Shown here: positions 13,342 through 27,600 of the stretch, piece after piece
How positions within the stretch are numbered: position 1 is the first letter of the stretch
Layout: each line of letters starts with the position of its first letter
Origin: Amoeboaphelidium protococcarum X5
Taxonomy: Eukaryota > Fungi > Aphelidiomycota
Assembly: GCA_023515725.1 (NCBI GenBank)
Contig: JALDTO010000098.1
Span: forward strand, 152,615-216,614
DNA length: 64,000 nt
Direction: 5' to 3'
Made by a program: the position numbers and the translations under genes
Notes under the pieces: generated by a model
Databases searched by the model: none
Told to the model about the DNA's origin: nothing
The model's input: the letters and a program-made list of their open reading frames with translations, nothing else

Positions 13342-14841
13342 TCACGTCAATTTAATAAAATCACTATAAGTTTCTGCCATTAGGTTCTTATTATGTTACA
13401 TCTCCCTCTTTAGAGAGCTAAATCGTCCACCGTAAGCATGACCGCTCAACACGATAATATCTTCATTGTTGTCAGGCGCCAGTGATTTAATCTTCTCCAA
13501 TGAGGCATGCATAAGCCGTTTATCAGACTCTGGAAAGTCTAATCTCCCGATAGAATTGATGAATAAAGTATCACCGCTGAGGAGGGAGATCCCATTCACA
13601 AGAATGCATTGAGATCCTTTAGTGTGTCCAGGTGTGTGAATAAATTCAAGGTTGACGCAAGTTCCCACCCGAAGATTGAATCCATCAGAGGTTGGTGTTA
13701 TCTAATCTCGCGTCATATCAGGATTACCGCGCAATACTTCATCAATATCTTCCGGATGAATATAAGCTGTAACTGACGGACCAAGTTTACGAAGAACTGT
13801 AGCAACTCCATCCACAGTGACTCCGTATTGACTGTACGGTTCGGGTGGCTTCCCACCGACATGATCAAAGTGCTAATGAGTGACCACACAGCCAACAACT
13901 TGAAACTACATCTAAGAGCAAAAATCCAAGATGGTCTATACATCCCAGCAGACATCGACGAGTACGCATTTCCTACTGTGTTCGCAGACAATGATATAAA
14001 CAAAATTCTACAGCGAAGCGGCGAATCCGTTTATGACCTTGGTCACTGGATTTATTGATGATAGAACTGACGTGGTCTGATTAGAAGCAAAATCGTGTCC
14101 TGCCAGCATCTAAATCACCTTCACATGATCAGCTTGTAGATGTAGCATTGAGTTGGCGTAGACAACCTTTAGCTATATTTTCTATCGTTCGTCATCATTA
14201 GGAACTTTACAATCCAATGCAGCGCAATAATAATGCAGAGCCTCTTCGTATTTATACATTTAACAACACGCATCACCAGCTCTGACGTGTCCTTTGAACC
14301 AGCGATGATCGATCATTATGGACCGTTTAGCATCATCCAAAGCACATTAAGCCATCGAAGGCGGCTGTTCGGTTACGCACACAGATTAACTGATTGCATA
14401 CGATCTGTTAGAGAACAGAATATGAATATCAAACTATTTCAACTTGCTGGAATTAAGTTCGGCCCAAGATTGAAAGTCATGACTATATTTACTGACATTT
14501 GCAGATGTTGATGAACTACCATCCTCCCGATCACCATCACTATCATCCATTAGATTCCTAAAGAATCGGCCAACATTACTTACTGCCTGCCCAAAAGATT
14601 TTTGAATCTTATTATCAGTATCCAGAAGTACTCTAGTAAAATCGCTTCCAAGCAATTGGTCTGCAATGTATGGTAATCGGAATTGATTTCTAACACAATC
14701 ATTGGCAAATACACTCAATGCTTTGGTATAGCATTAGATAGCCTGCCTGTACTTTTACTCTGCCACAAATCGATTGCCTTCATCTTTCGACTCTTTAATT
14801 TTCTATTTAAGTGAATCTACATCATCTACAGAATATTTCAT
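13342..14841 (-). CDS. TPR-repeat plus metallo-beta-lactamase-fold (glyoxalase II-like) hydrolase fusion (499 aa)
   Basis: One frame. TPR motifs KDEGNRFVAEQKYRQAIQCYTKAL, ILFSNRS and RWFKGHVRAG; MBL motifs QNFVYII, THQHFDHVGG, HTPGHTKGS, LSGDTLF, GRLDFP and LSGHAY. Confidence 0.88.
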
Positions 14842-15009
14842 GTCGAATATTTAAGTTGATACGCTCTCCTATAGCAATGGGTCAAATATGCGGAAGATGT
14901 TATTATATCAGAAAATGAGAAGCCTCAAGCGCGTAAACCCCCTCTTTATTTTGACAATCAGGAGTGCTGGCTTAAAGGTGCTAAGATTGTTGGTACATTT
15001 TACAGTGAG

Positions 15010-16438
15010 ATGAACTTTCAGAGATTGTATCAACTGAGTAGAAGGAGATTTTCTAATGAAAGTGGCACCAGTCATAAAGCCCAGTTACCTCTCAGCGGAA
15101 TCCGTGCTCTAGATTTGACGCGCGTCCTTGCTGGACCGTTCTGTACATAGCTGCTTGGAGATCTTGGGTAATTCTGAATATTCTCATCACATTCAATGTG
15201 ATGTCATAGTTGATCATCATCTCAATTCATGAGTGAGCTTGTGTATGTAGAGCTGAAGTGATCAAAGTTGAAAAGCCCATTATAGGTGATGATACCCGAA
15301 GTTGGGCTCCTCCGTCTACTGATTAGGATGGGTTTGAGAGTCCTCAGACTGCATACTTCTTGGCCGTAAATCGAAACAAGGCTTCCATTACTGTGGACAT
15401 ACGTTCGAAAGAAGGTGCGGATATTATAAGATAACTTGCCGCAGTATCTGATGTTCTAGTTGAAAATTATCTCCCAGGTAAACTTGCATAGTATGGTCTC
15501 GGATTCGACTAGATTCATCAGACAGTGAATTCGCGCTTAATATACACATCTATATCTGGCTATGGCTAGACTGGCCCTTATGCTGGTAGACCCGGATATG
15601 ATGTTATTATTGAGGCGGAAGGTGGACTCATGCACGTTACGGGTGAAGCGGATGGAGATCCTGTAAAGGTCGGTGTTGCCATCACGGACATCTCCACAGG
15701 TAAATTGGTTTTAAGCGCTGTATGAGAAGTAGCTTTTCATTATGGCAATTTACTGATCATGTAGGATTGTATGCTCATGGCGCTATAATGGCAGCACTGC
15801 TCATGAGATAAAAGACTGATAAAGGGTAACATATTGATGTCAACTTGTTTGAAACTCAACTCGCCACTATGGCTAATATTGCTAGCAACTATCTTATCTC
15901 TGGTGACAGAGGTTCTAGATACGGAACAGCGCATGCTTCTATTGTCCCATATTAAGCTTTCAAGACTGCAGACTCTGGAATTGTGGTCGCTGCTGTTAAT
16001 GATACTTAGTTCAAGAAACTGGTCACTTTATTAGAACTTTCCAAGGCATTAGATTAAAGCAGATTCAAGACTAATGCGGATCGAGTTAAGCATCGTGAAG
16101 AGTTGGTGTCAATTATGGCATAGCGTTTTCAGTCTCAACCTACTTACTATTGGATGAATTCTCTAGAAGGTAGTGGACTTGTACATGGGCCTATAAATGA
16201 TGTACAACAGGCGTTTGAGCATCCGCAAACTAAAGCTCGCGGTATAGTAAATAAGGTGCATCATCCGTCGTATGGTGATGTGAAAGTCGTGGGTAGTCCG
16301 GTTAGATTTAGTGACTTTGACTGTAAGGTATCACGCGCACCTCCTGTTCTAGGCCAGGATACCGAGGATATACTTCGAAATTTACTTCACTATGATGATG
16401 CTAAAATTCAGAAATTGAAATAATAAAAAGTTATATGA
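15010..16438 (+). CDS. Family III CoA-transferase (CaiB/BaiF, SUGCT-like), probable mitochondrial presequence (426 aa; introns 15168-15250 and 15700-15764)
   Basis: [83 protein letters not shown]. Confidence 0.95.
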
Positions 16439-16499
16439 ATTTACACAACAATGACATACTAATCATCATAATCACCCAGCACAATTCCTACGGTAGTAT

Positions 16500-19400
16500 T
16501 CACAACTTGCGTGCTTTGCGTGCTCTCTTAGAACGACTATTATCCTAAGCAATTTGAGGTTTCACAAATTCATCATCCTCAGCCACAGCGGATTGTCCAT
16601 CGTCATCAGACTCTTCCAAATCTTCATCTTGTACTTAAGCCTTCTTCTGCTTCTTAGATTTACTTTATACTTTAGTGTCGGCTGGAGACGTCTCATTAGA
16701 CTTTGGCTTGACATTGTTATGAGTCTTGGACACTGCTTCAGTTCTGATAACTTTTACAGACTTGTAAGTTGAGCTGATGTCATCAGGTAAGAACAGCTTA
16801 TTAATGTTGGCCTTGATCTAAGCCTGATTAGTGATAGGAGCGTATAAAGCAGGAGGAAGAATAAGACTGCCATGGTACGAAATCAGAGCCCAGCCATGGG
16901 AATGACTCAAATCCTGGCATATTAGTTAGCACAGGTCAGCCAAGACATATATCGCGTTAGAATCGCTCAATCTATCTTTGACAGTCTTGAGCTTCGTCGC
17001 GATAAAGTACAAATAGGAGACATTCTCACTATTGGCCACAATACTCAAATAGAATTCAAAGTACTTGACAAACAGCTTTAAATCCTCCGACGATGTTCCA
17101 AAGTCGGGATGGCGAGCCAGCAAATGGATCAGACGAGGTAGAATAGACTCCAGTCCTAACATTTCAGGATTCGTACGCAGATTCTTATGCAATTTTATTA
17201 AAGCGCTTTTTACATGCTCATACAGGCTCTTAATCGGTTCATACGCAACCATAAAAGGCAGCGTGACATATCTCATAGCAATTTTAGTATCGTCAATGTA
17301 CTTCAAAAGCTTCTTGAGAAATTGTTCGCGCACTTCAAAGCATGGATCTTGCGTAACAAATGCCAACACATAAAACTGCTCAGTGGTAATGAGCTATTCG
17401 ATAGGAAGCTACTTGCACACTTTGAGCATGCCCAGTGCAGCTTCCAATCTCAAATAGACTTTAAATGCATTACAAGTTGTACCGTCAAATGTACAATCAC
17501 CTTCAGCCTCAATAATTTAAACTAATAAATCAACAATCTTTATGCAAACTTACTTCTAGTCTTCACATTAAGATTTAGATGCCACAACAGCATACATTAC
17601 GAGGAATCGAATGCCTGAAAGTTTAGCGCAAAGTTCATCAGTGAGCATTTCATCGACAACCATCACATCTTCTTCGGCTTGCACAGAGCTTTCATTAGCC
17701 TTCAAAAGATTATTGATCACAAAGTAATAGATATCATTAAACTTGATCCCAGAATTCTCATAATGCTTAATCAGGCCAGATGCAGTGGTGAGAATAGAAG
17801 CCAAGCGTGGATAATCTTCGCAAATCAAATGTTAATTCACTTCCTCGACAATCTCAGAAACGACTTCTTTGCTGCTCTCCCGGTCTGAATAACTGATAAC
17901 TTTGGCAGCGTATTTTGCATGAGAAGCTGAACCGTTCAGCATACATTCCTTAAGACTATACAGCACCATTTCATTCAGCTTTACATGCATTCTACAAACG
18001 GCAAGTACTTTCGCCATTGCTTTCAGACCGACCAGCTAAATGGCCGCGCTTTAATGATTGACCAAAGACTCTAGCTAACCAATTTACTAAATAAACAACT
18101 ATGGGATACATTTTGATAATGAATGCACGAGCGATAAAGCAGCCTCCTCAATGGCATCATTCACCGATCCATCATCGATTTATCCAGAGGCGATTCGACA
18201 GATTTGAGGTACCATCAGCTGATCGATAAAAGTCCAGCAGGCTCTACGAATGATAACAGAGAAAACCTTTTGAGCTTCACTCACTGTATTACTTGACGTC
18301 TCAAATCTCTTGATGATCTCTTTTCTCAGCTTCAATCGATCTTTGTAATCCGTCTTTACATCACAGACAACAGCCATCATCTTCAAGATTTTAATGTCAT
18401 GCTATTTGGCGAATTTCTGCATGACATTGGCTGCTTTCGTAGGCTCAGGAAGAGTCGATGAGAGATACTTGACCACATAGTTCAGCTCATTGTCCACCTT
18501 TCCTTCTTACTCCTATTTTCTAGCCAGCAGTCGAATAAAGCTCTCGAATCCTTTCAGTGACTCTCGCTGTCTAAGCAATAGGACGCCAAAAGCATCTTTG
18601 CACTGTTGATTAAGAGAGGTGTAGACATATAACAAACGCTGCGCGCGCAAGTCTCCATCCAAGTTTGGTGGAAGAATATCTTCATCGAAAGATCTCTCAA
18701 TGTCCGCAGCAGAATCCATCTCTGGAAGACATAGGCAAGACAGTAGTTTACCCGGAATCCATCCAAACTAATCAGCCAGACGGTCAGAGCCATGGCTCAA
18801 CATGATGTCAAACATTAGATTGTACAGTCTTCCCAAGGTCTTAATTGCTTCATGACGGACAATAGCTTTCTTATCACGGCAACGATCACCGACCTCCATC
18901 AGCATCCCAACATCCATTGCTTTGAGAATGTCAACAGCTTTATCTTTGACCAGAATGTGAATAATCTAAATAACTTTGACGCGAACCTTCTCATCTGGAT
19001 CCAGAATCTTTACCCTCAACGATGCATTTAGTTGATCAATCATGTCTACATGAAAACGGTACAACTATGGAGCATAGTCGAGCCACTACAATCGGATGTT
19101 GACAGCTTTGTCATTCTTCTTCTCCAACCAATTCGACCAGACAGACGGATACTTTTTGATAATGTCAGAGCCTTTCTCGGCAAAGAGCGTTCCAAGAGTT
19201 TTCACTGCCAGCGTCCGCATTTGAAGATCATCCACCTTCAACTCTGCATCCAGCTAAGGGATGACACTCAATAGGACACCATCAGTCACTTTGAACAACT
19301 CATAAACCAAAGAGTGTGCCTACTCAAGCAACGCAGTGTCCTTCTGATCAGAATCAACCTCTAGTGCAGTACTGCCAGCTACGGAGGATGGAGCATACAG

Positions 19401-20117
19401 CATGATTATATCATTGAAATACTGAGAGACATAGTGCTACAGTCTATCTTTAGAGTATCTGACCAATTCACAAGCCAACTTGTAAGATGCGGGACGGGCA
19501 AGCTAGTTCTTCTTATCAAATTACTGCAGGATCACTTTAATAATCGCCTTATTAAGAGTAAACTCTTCACAAAGCTAATGTAAAATATCCAATGAGCATA
19601 GAAATACATTATTGTTATGTGTCGGTCGTATATTGTCAAACAAGTCTTGAAACAGTTCCAGCACCAGTTTCTCAGCACCCGGAAGTTCTGTCATTAGAAT
19701 GATAGACTTCACGGTGGACAAACTCTCCAGCAGAGTATAACTGTAGGCAAAGTATGGGCTATTGACATCTTCAATGTACTTCAATTAGCTGATAAAAAGA
19801 GCGAATATCTCACCCAGTTCAGAATGAGAGAATGGAGCTTCAGGAGCAAATAAGCGCAGCAGGTTAGCCAGACAACAAGAAACAATAGCCTTCACAGTCT
19901 TGTCCCTATGGGCCAATATTACAGGACTAATCAGCTCACGCGTCACACTATTCAATGAATTGGTATCAGTTGTTTCCTGGTCGAGAGACTTTAAACCATT
20001 CAAGAGCAGCTTCATGTTCCTGATGAGCTCCGTGGTGGACGTGACATTTTTAGCATCCAACTTCAAATCTTCAAGATTGCCTTCATACTAAATACTATTC
20101 TACGTATTCTCAGACAT
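16500..20117 (-). CDS. PDS5: Cohesin-associated HEAT-repeat protein Pds5 (1205 aa, intronless)
   Basis: HRDKTVKAIVSCCLANLLRLFAPEAPF; YTLLESLSTVKSI; QDPCFEVREQF; LESILPRLIHLLARHPDF; basic C-terminal tail. All listed minus-strand ORF fragments share one frame when TAA/TAG=Q. Confidence 0.95.
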
Positions 20118-20376
20118 TTTGATAATGATAGACTTTAAATAACCTTGAGTAATCACTTGAGTCACTGCTATAAGGATTATTCTAGAGTAAAAGAGAGGAG
20201 TTTTGGAGGAGGTGCAGCATTAACGCGCTTTGAAGTGAAACAGTACTCTGAAACGGAAACTAGGACTGGAAAGGAAAGCGCCTCATCAATTCGCTTAATC
20301 AGAAGATAGACTCGTTTCGCACAACTTTGCAGTTACAAAAACATTATATTTGAAACGTATCGGCAATTATATTCGT

Positions 20377-21066
20377 TCACTCCTCTCGAGTCTATTTGCG
20401 CAAAGAAGTTAACGGCACGTATCTGACGGCAAATAGAGGTCTTTTGGTCATTACAGCATCGGCCTTCTTTTCATACAGTATCACTGTCTAATCGCCGGTC
20501 TTATCCTCTACAGGGACGAACAATACTCCAGGCTACTTCAATTAGTTTTACAGATTCTACAATGAATTTTCATCTTGACATGCTGCACCTACGTGGATTA
20601 CATCATACGGACCTCCCTACGGATAACCTTTACGACCATCCCCAGCTATTAATTGCAATCGTCCACTCTCAATAAGGGTCGCGTCATCTCGCCGGACATT
20701 TTCAATTGACTGGTCAACTAATGATGGTACGTGATCAACTCCGACTACACGTCCAGTAGGCCCAACCGCTCTTGCAAAGCATGCACTTAAATAGCCACTA
20801 CCGCTACCAACGTCCAACACATTACAATTTTCACGTCTCAAGTACTCTGAAACTTCTTGTAGAGCATGTGCATGCATATGAGGAGCAGATATAGTAGCAC
20901 CATGCCCAATGTATTGCGGACTGTCTTGATATGGCAGGTGAGGAGCATAGCAAGCTCTATCCGTTTGTTTCAAGGCTTGTACAACGCGCTCATCACGCAC
21001 GACGCCAACCTTTACTAAATTCTCCACCAACTTGGAGTTGCTTGCAGCACTACAATACCAAGCCAT
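20377..21066 (-). CDS. PCMT1: Protein-L-isoaspartate O-methyltransferase (229 aa)
   Basis: MAWYCSAASN; YQDSPQYIGHGATISAPHMHA; VLDVGSGSGYL; GDGRKGYPQGGPYDVIHVGAA; VRYVPLT. Confidence 0.96.
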
Positions 21067-21396
21067 TTATAAAGTTGATACTTAATTCAATACTTAAAAT
21101 TTGTTTTCAATGATAATTTTATGATTAAATGAAATGAAAAGTTGATCAGTAAATGATACAGTTTGTTGGGCCAACCTATGACTTGGAATTGGATGATGAA
21201 TGCATAACAGGGTCGCCTACAGTCCATGCCTTTTCAAAGCCGACAATGTGAATGAAATAAGGTATTGTTGCTGCTAAAAGCATATGATAAGTAAAATGAT
21301 CACGTTTCAAAATCATTCATTGCATTCACATTTCACACAACTTCATTCAATTCAACTTCATTTCAAGCCAATCAAATTTTCACCAAAATATTCAGT

Positions 21397-22682
<1,286 letters not shown>

Positions 22683-23187
22683 TGTTTCAAGTCTAAGCGT
22701 TATTTAATTGTTGTCAACTTAATGATGGAAATAAGAAGGTGCAATATCAGCAGGAGAATATCCTGAAAGTACCAGTTATCATAAAACTATATGCTGATTG
22801 GATGCAAATTAAAGCTAGATTGCAACAAATCACGTTGCTCTCTAATCTCATTGCGGATCGCTGATTCGTTGCTTTATTCCTTTTCGACAGAGAGAAAGCG
22901 AGAGCAGCACGCACGGAGAATAAGAATAAAGGATATACTGACAATTCGACCCCTTAAAACTAACCGCGAGACTAAATCCGTGTGATCGCCTGAGAGGTAA
23001 CAATTCATGAGCATACGATTGCGTGGCTTGCGTAATTGTTCTTATTTTTCACAGCTCTGTGAATCAGCCAGGCTTGCTTGACTCAGCCACTCTTCTATTT
23101 TCTTCACTGTGAAATTGTAGAGCGACTGGCAATTTCTATTTAAAAAATTGCAAAACTCTAATTGGATAAAATTATTATAAAATAATA

Positions 23188-24252
23188 ATGACTCAGGGAG
23201 CCTCCAAGTAGCCTTAAAAATTATGGACCAGGGACGATGTGGAATCCAAGTCTTCTCTCAGCCACCCTTTGCTCATTTACAAGAATAAAGTGTATGATGT
23301 CACGGATTTTGTGGAGAGCCATCCGGGTGGCGATATTCTTTTGGATTACCATGGTCAAGACATCACCCATGTCATGCTTGACGTGTCATTTCATGTCCAC
23401 TCTGATGCTGCCATGAATATGATGGAAGATTATTACGTTGGCTCCTTGGCGGTTGGCTCCTCTTCTGACTTGCTAATGAATCACATTGAAGCCGAGAGTA
23501 GCACAATCAATGGCGAGTACGTGGCAAGCGGCAGCGAGATGGATAAAGTCAGCTCTGTCAGCAAGTACGTAGACTTTGATAAGCCAATATTCCTGTAAAT
23601 TTGGAATCTTAACCTCAGCAAGTAGGAATACTTGAAGCTTATCCACACTCCGCATCATCTGAACCACACTGCTCGTTTCTTCTAATATGGCTTCCTGGAA
23701 GTATTCTCAAGGACGCCTTGGTGGCTTGTTCCACTCCTATGGATTCCGTATAGCTGCCACCTGTTCTATTAGTCAGTAATAGCTAATGGTAATGCTGAAT
23801 CCGTTAAGCTGTTTGTGTTTGGGCTGGCCCTTTGGACTTTTATGGAGTATATGCTGCACCGATTTCTCTTCCACATTGACGATCAGTTGCCAGATAACAA
23901 GATTGCTCTAATACTGCATTTTACATTCCACGGCGTGCATCACTTTCTACCAATGGACAGGTACAGACTCGTGTTCCCGCCCGCCTTAGCTCTGCCGATT
24001 CTGGTAATGTTTTGGAAATTGTTGTTATCCACTTGCACCCTGGCCACTGCGTACGGTGTACTGAGTGGTGGTGTAATTGGATACGTGCTCTATGACATGA
24101 CGCATTACGCGTTGCATCACAGCAGATTCTACTTATCGCATCTGAAAGAAATGAAAAGCTACCACATGCTGCATCATTACAAGGACTTTCACAGTGGCTA
24201 TGGAATTACTTCAAAGTTTTGGGACAAGATCTTCTTTACAGAATTGAAATGA
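23188..24252 (+). CDS. SCS7: Sphingolipid fatty acid 2-hydroxylase with cytochrome b5 domain (354 aa)
   Basis: HPGG cytochrome b5 motif; His boxes EYMLHRFLFH, HGVHH, HYALHH and HMLHHYKD; YGITSKFWD. Confidence 0.96.
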
Positions 24253-24532
24253 TTTGGGCAAGTTTAAATTGAAATATTATCACTACATTTATTAAAGAGC
24301 AGTTTTATCTTGTACTTATACTTTTGCGTTGAATTTTTCTTTATGCTCCCGAATTGACGTCTGGATTTTACTCAACTGCTCCTCATCGCTTTAACATTGT
24401 GCGATCGTCCGGCTTTGTTTCACTTTGATGAAGCGCTCGATCTCTACTGTTTTGTTTCGTCTTTGAGTCAGTCAATAAGTCAGCCAACTCGCTCGCCCTT
24501 TCCTCTTTTCGATTTCACTGATCTTCCCTTTG

Positions 24533-24554
24533 CTCTCTCTCTCTCTCTCTCTCT
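24533..24554 (+). repeat. (CT)11 microsatellite in the pyrimidine-rich leader upstream of TAO3
   Basis: Read directly. Similar CT-rich tracts precede the Tubby ATG (about 5945-6000) and CSN3 (about 44340-44385, minus strand). Confidence 0.9.
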
Positions 24555-24643
24555 ACATTTACATTCAAACTGTCAAACAGATCATTGTTTTATCCCATTC
24601 ATCATTATTACATAGACGTCATTATTGTAACAGTGTCAGTATC

Positions 24644-27600
24644 ATGTCAAAGCTGGGGGACAGAACTATATCAAGTATAACATCTGGCAATCAGAGCTTT
24701 GCCAGTAATGAAGTCAGTCCACTCAGTGCTTACAAGAGTAAAAAGCTGCCGGATTTTGTGTTTCAAGCAGTGTTTAGTGAGTTTACACGGCATGCAGATT
24801 AGAAGATTGTGATGTTGTTGAATCTCATGGGCAGCTCTAATAGATCAGATGCTGAAATTACCAAATATTTGACTGCAGGTTCTGATCCGGATTTTGATCG
24901 AGCCATTGAGAATATTGGCTCGTTGTCGAAGCATCGCACCAAAGGTCTTATTGATGGATTGATGTACTGGCGTAAAGGGAAGAGTGATCCGGTGGATTCT
25001 GGTATAGTGTAATCTGTAGCAGGTCTCGACACTAGTCCGATAAAGATTAAAGAAATTACTGTGGCTTTGAAAGAACGCAAGGTGTTTGCTGCCAATTTCG
25101 TTCTCTGTCGTGCCCTTATCAGTATTTTGGGACACATAAAGGCGCAAGAATTGGATGGGGACCTTGGATAAAAGTTGGAAGAAATGATGTTCTAGCAAAT
25201 TAGATTGCCGGATTCTGACGCCAATGTTCAATTGTATGAGCGCTATGTGACTATTTAATTGTTCGCAGAGTGTCTAGGCTGGTTGTCTCGATTGAGATTT
25301 GTATCTGTGAAGCAGCGAATTTTCAATGAATTGGCCAACCTGAACTCTATGAAAGAAGCCAAGGCTGAGCAGTTTATAAAGTCTTTAAAATACGTTAGAC
25401 TAAAGATGTATCCGCAAGATGCGCTAGAGTAGTCTGTGTAGTTTGTCTAGCATATTTCTGGATTATTTAATGCTAGTCATAGCTCTGTACTGAAATTGGC
25501 TTATGCTTCTTTAATCACTGATCTTCTCATGCCACTCGGTCAGGTGGTCAATGCTGAAGTTAATCTACCAACTTGGAGTTAGTCTATCGATTTGATGTAC
25601 TAGAAAGGATATAAGATGATTGCCAAGCCGAGGTATTTAAATGTTATTCTTCCACTGTTGTGCGCACTCCTCGGCGTTACCAAGAAGGACCAGTTTATGA
25701 TAAAGTTTAATGTAATTTTGGAATTGTGCATGTAAAAGTTAAAAGACAAGACTTCAAAGAATTTGGCTCTGGTCTGTATTAACAGATTGCTATGGGTTTA
25801 TAATTATAGATGTACAGAGGCTATATCTCCCACTCATAAGCGAATAGATTCGATTTTGAAAGCACTAAATCCTGGGTCTAGGAAGCCAATGTTTCCATCA
25901 GAGATTCCGGCTGATATATTTGTTCATTTCACAGTCACTATTGCTGTGCGACATTACGATTACATGGTTAAGAACTGGTTTAATGCCATGTTAATGGCTG
26001 ACTAGCCTAATGTTATCCTTGATATGGTGTCCGTTGAGAAAGTTTTGGTTGTATTCTACTCCATTTGTAGCATGCTCAATTCCTCCAGTAATAATAGTAA
26101 GCCTGATTTTGTATTTGATTCTATGCTTTGTCCTTCTGGTGATCTTATTGAACCCCTTGAAGCTGACGTCATAAAGCGCTTCGATCAGTCAATCTTGAAG
26201 TAATTGTCTGAAAAGTCACAGATTAGTACCAAGTACTCTGATCTGATTAAGAAGTATTCTACCCAGCTGTTCAACCTGGTGAAGCAAGCGATAACTCATC
26301 TTACCTCCTATTCGGCAGCTGATGATAGATCTTCAACTCACAAGTCTTCTACATTGACACAAGGTACTATATCGGCACTAAGCACTATATCATCGAATAC
26401 TTTTGATACTCTGGTAAGTACATCAACCACTCGAGATAAGAGCGGATTTTACGAATTTGTTCTTGGTTGGTTGAAAGTACAACCTTTGGTACAGCCTACC
26501 TTCAATGATGACGCTACAGGATTTATAGATTATGTGGACGTTCTTGTGAAGCTTTGTGGCCATCATGACCAAGAATTGGCATCTACTGCAGGATAAGCTG
26601 TAATCAGATTGATGAATGCCAAGAATGTTGTCACTGATAGTAAAACTAGAGACAAAGATATAATTGTTGTGGATAGAATGGCTAAATTCATTCGATAAGC
26701 TAAATATTTACCTAATGATTAGACTGAGTCTTTGCTTGATCTCTACTGCTCTGTGATTGAAGTTTTTATCTCCTCTATTGCGGTGCAGGATACCAGTCAT
26801 GATTCTTATGTCGATCTGTTTCTGGCCACCGAGTAACTTGGTGTGATACATATTTGCAATTTCATCCCTGCCATTCGTTCAAAGGCGGTAAAACTTTTGA
26901 AGTTATCCAAGCAGCTCATTTAGTAAATTGTGTCCGTGGGAATCAAGTCTTAATCTCAGAATCCGTATTAGTTCTTGTCTGTTATTGAAATATTGAATCA
27001 AGCTCTACCTGCTATTTTGTCCATTCATTCAGATGATTACAAATAGATTCCGGAGATTTTATATAAGCATAAAGAGGATGAGCAGCCGTATTTACTGACT
27101 CTAATTGCAAGCGACAATGGTAGTGAATTGCAAGTTTGGGATTCTATATTTCCTGAAGTTTTCAAGCTGTTGTATAGCAAGTGTCCATCATTGTTGTTGA
27201 ATGTTTATCAGGACATTGTGGATAGATTTCTGCATTTGTTTCCTAATGTGATGGCTAGTTCTGATCCGTCCAAGTATTAATCTTCCACTCTCTCAAGCAA
27301 ATGGTCTTCAAAGACATTGTAACCTGCCTCTGCCGAGATTCTTGAACAGTGGAAGATGTACTTGGTCTATATTTGTGTATGTATTCAATAATCTGACAAG
27401 AACTGGAAGCCTAGCAAGTCTAAATAAAGTGTAGCGTTGAATTGCATTCAGGAACTGTCGAGTTATGTCCTTCAGCTGATAAATTCTGAAAATTCTGCCA
27501 TCAGATAGTCTGTAGTGATTGCTTTTGGTAACTTGAATTTCCTGGTGCTTAAAGATTTTCTAGAGGAGATACAAAGCTACATCAAGTCTGTTGTGGATGA

